From: Auanema rhodensis
Lineage: Eukaryota; Animalia; Nematoda
Assembly: GCA_964057225.1 (NCBI GenBank)
Contig: OZ059898.1
Span: 7,750,001-7,814,000 of the forward strand
DNA: 64,000 nt
Direction of reading: 5' to 3'
Made by a program: the position numbers and the translations under genes. The notes under the pieces are model-generated. The model searched no databases. It worked only from the letters and a program-made list of their open reading frames with translations, and was not told the origin of the DNA. Below are positions 63,562 through 64,000 of this stretch, piece by piece; position 1 is the first letter of the stretch; every line of letters begins with the position of its first letter.

Positions 63562-64000
63562 ATGATTTGCAAGATTCTAATAGGGCACTTCCTTTTGTTT
63601 GCTTCATTCTGCTTTGCAACTGAACAGCACGATTCAAACCCAGAGTTACAATTACCAAAGTGCACACATATTAATCCATATAAACAGTTAGTTAACTTTA
63701 TTTCATAAAGAAAAAACATTAGTTAAGAAAAAATAAAAATAAAGCAAAATCTTCTTTCCGCAGATATAAAGATTGAAGTTTGATCTTCAATTTTGTGCAC
63801 ATTGAAGCGATAACTAATATTGAAAGATTATATAATTCGAAAATTTAAATTAAAGTATTATATAACTTTGATATATACTTTTGTTTCAGTTTAGAAGATT
63901 GGTTTAATCAAGAAAGTTTAGACAAAAGAAAATGTAATCATACTTCAGGGCCAGAAGTTAACTTAACAGAAGAAGTATGAATATCTTTATTCATGTTTAT
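63562..64000 (+). CDS. 5' part of a secreted/type I membrane protein, truncated by the window end
   Basis: Signal-peptide-like MICKILIGHFLLFASFCFA; a phase-2 splice to exon 63890-~63974 gives ...INPYKH|LEDWFNQESLDKRKCNHTSGPEVNLTEE, followed by a GTATGA donor. Confidence 0.55.

Noticed and set aside
63764-63812. Possible exon with in-frame TGA (selenocysteine or poison exon) in the last gene
   Set aside because: Direct splicing to 63890 gives an open frame; there is no clear donor and no SECIS evidence within the window.
1-64000. tRNA, rRNA, SL RNA, CRISPR arrays, telomeric TTAGGC arrays or DNA-elimination break motifs
   Set aside because: None recognisable by eye; only isolated TTAGGC hexamers and one Sm-like AATTTTGG at ~35245 without a leader sequence.

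Overview
Eukaryotic, AT-rich, gene-dense DNA from a rhabditid-type nematode. This is inferred from mostly 40-55 nt GT-AG introns with TTTCAG-like acceptors, outron-like acceptors just before start codons, and proteins close to C. elegans families; a compact genome such as Auanema is plausible but not provable here. Manual splicing gives about 18 protein genes: a C2H2 zinc-finger gene, cnd-1/NeuroD, TMEM209, a 64-aa microprotein, a Pmp3/UPF0057 protein, two tandem lin-5/NuMA paralogues, a chromodomain + degenerate SET gene, a 95-aa orphan, SMIM7, COG4, cct-1, a CD36/LIMP-2 receptor, HEXIM, TMTC, rpl-3, a nematode 4-TM protein and a partial secreted protein. There is also an intronic C/D snoRNA in rpl-3 and a decayed Maverick/Polinton integrase. 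The most unusual items are: SMIM7 and COG4 sharing one exon (stop and start 4 nt apart, with a back-up stop at the donor); a HEXIM with a PSNT motif, a poison exon and a structured leader; a lin-5 duplicate lacking the C-terminal NLM tail; a chromo-pseudoSET protein; and a possible divergent COX8. Gene models are hand-built and family calls rest on remembered motifs, not database searches.
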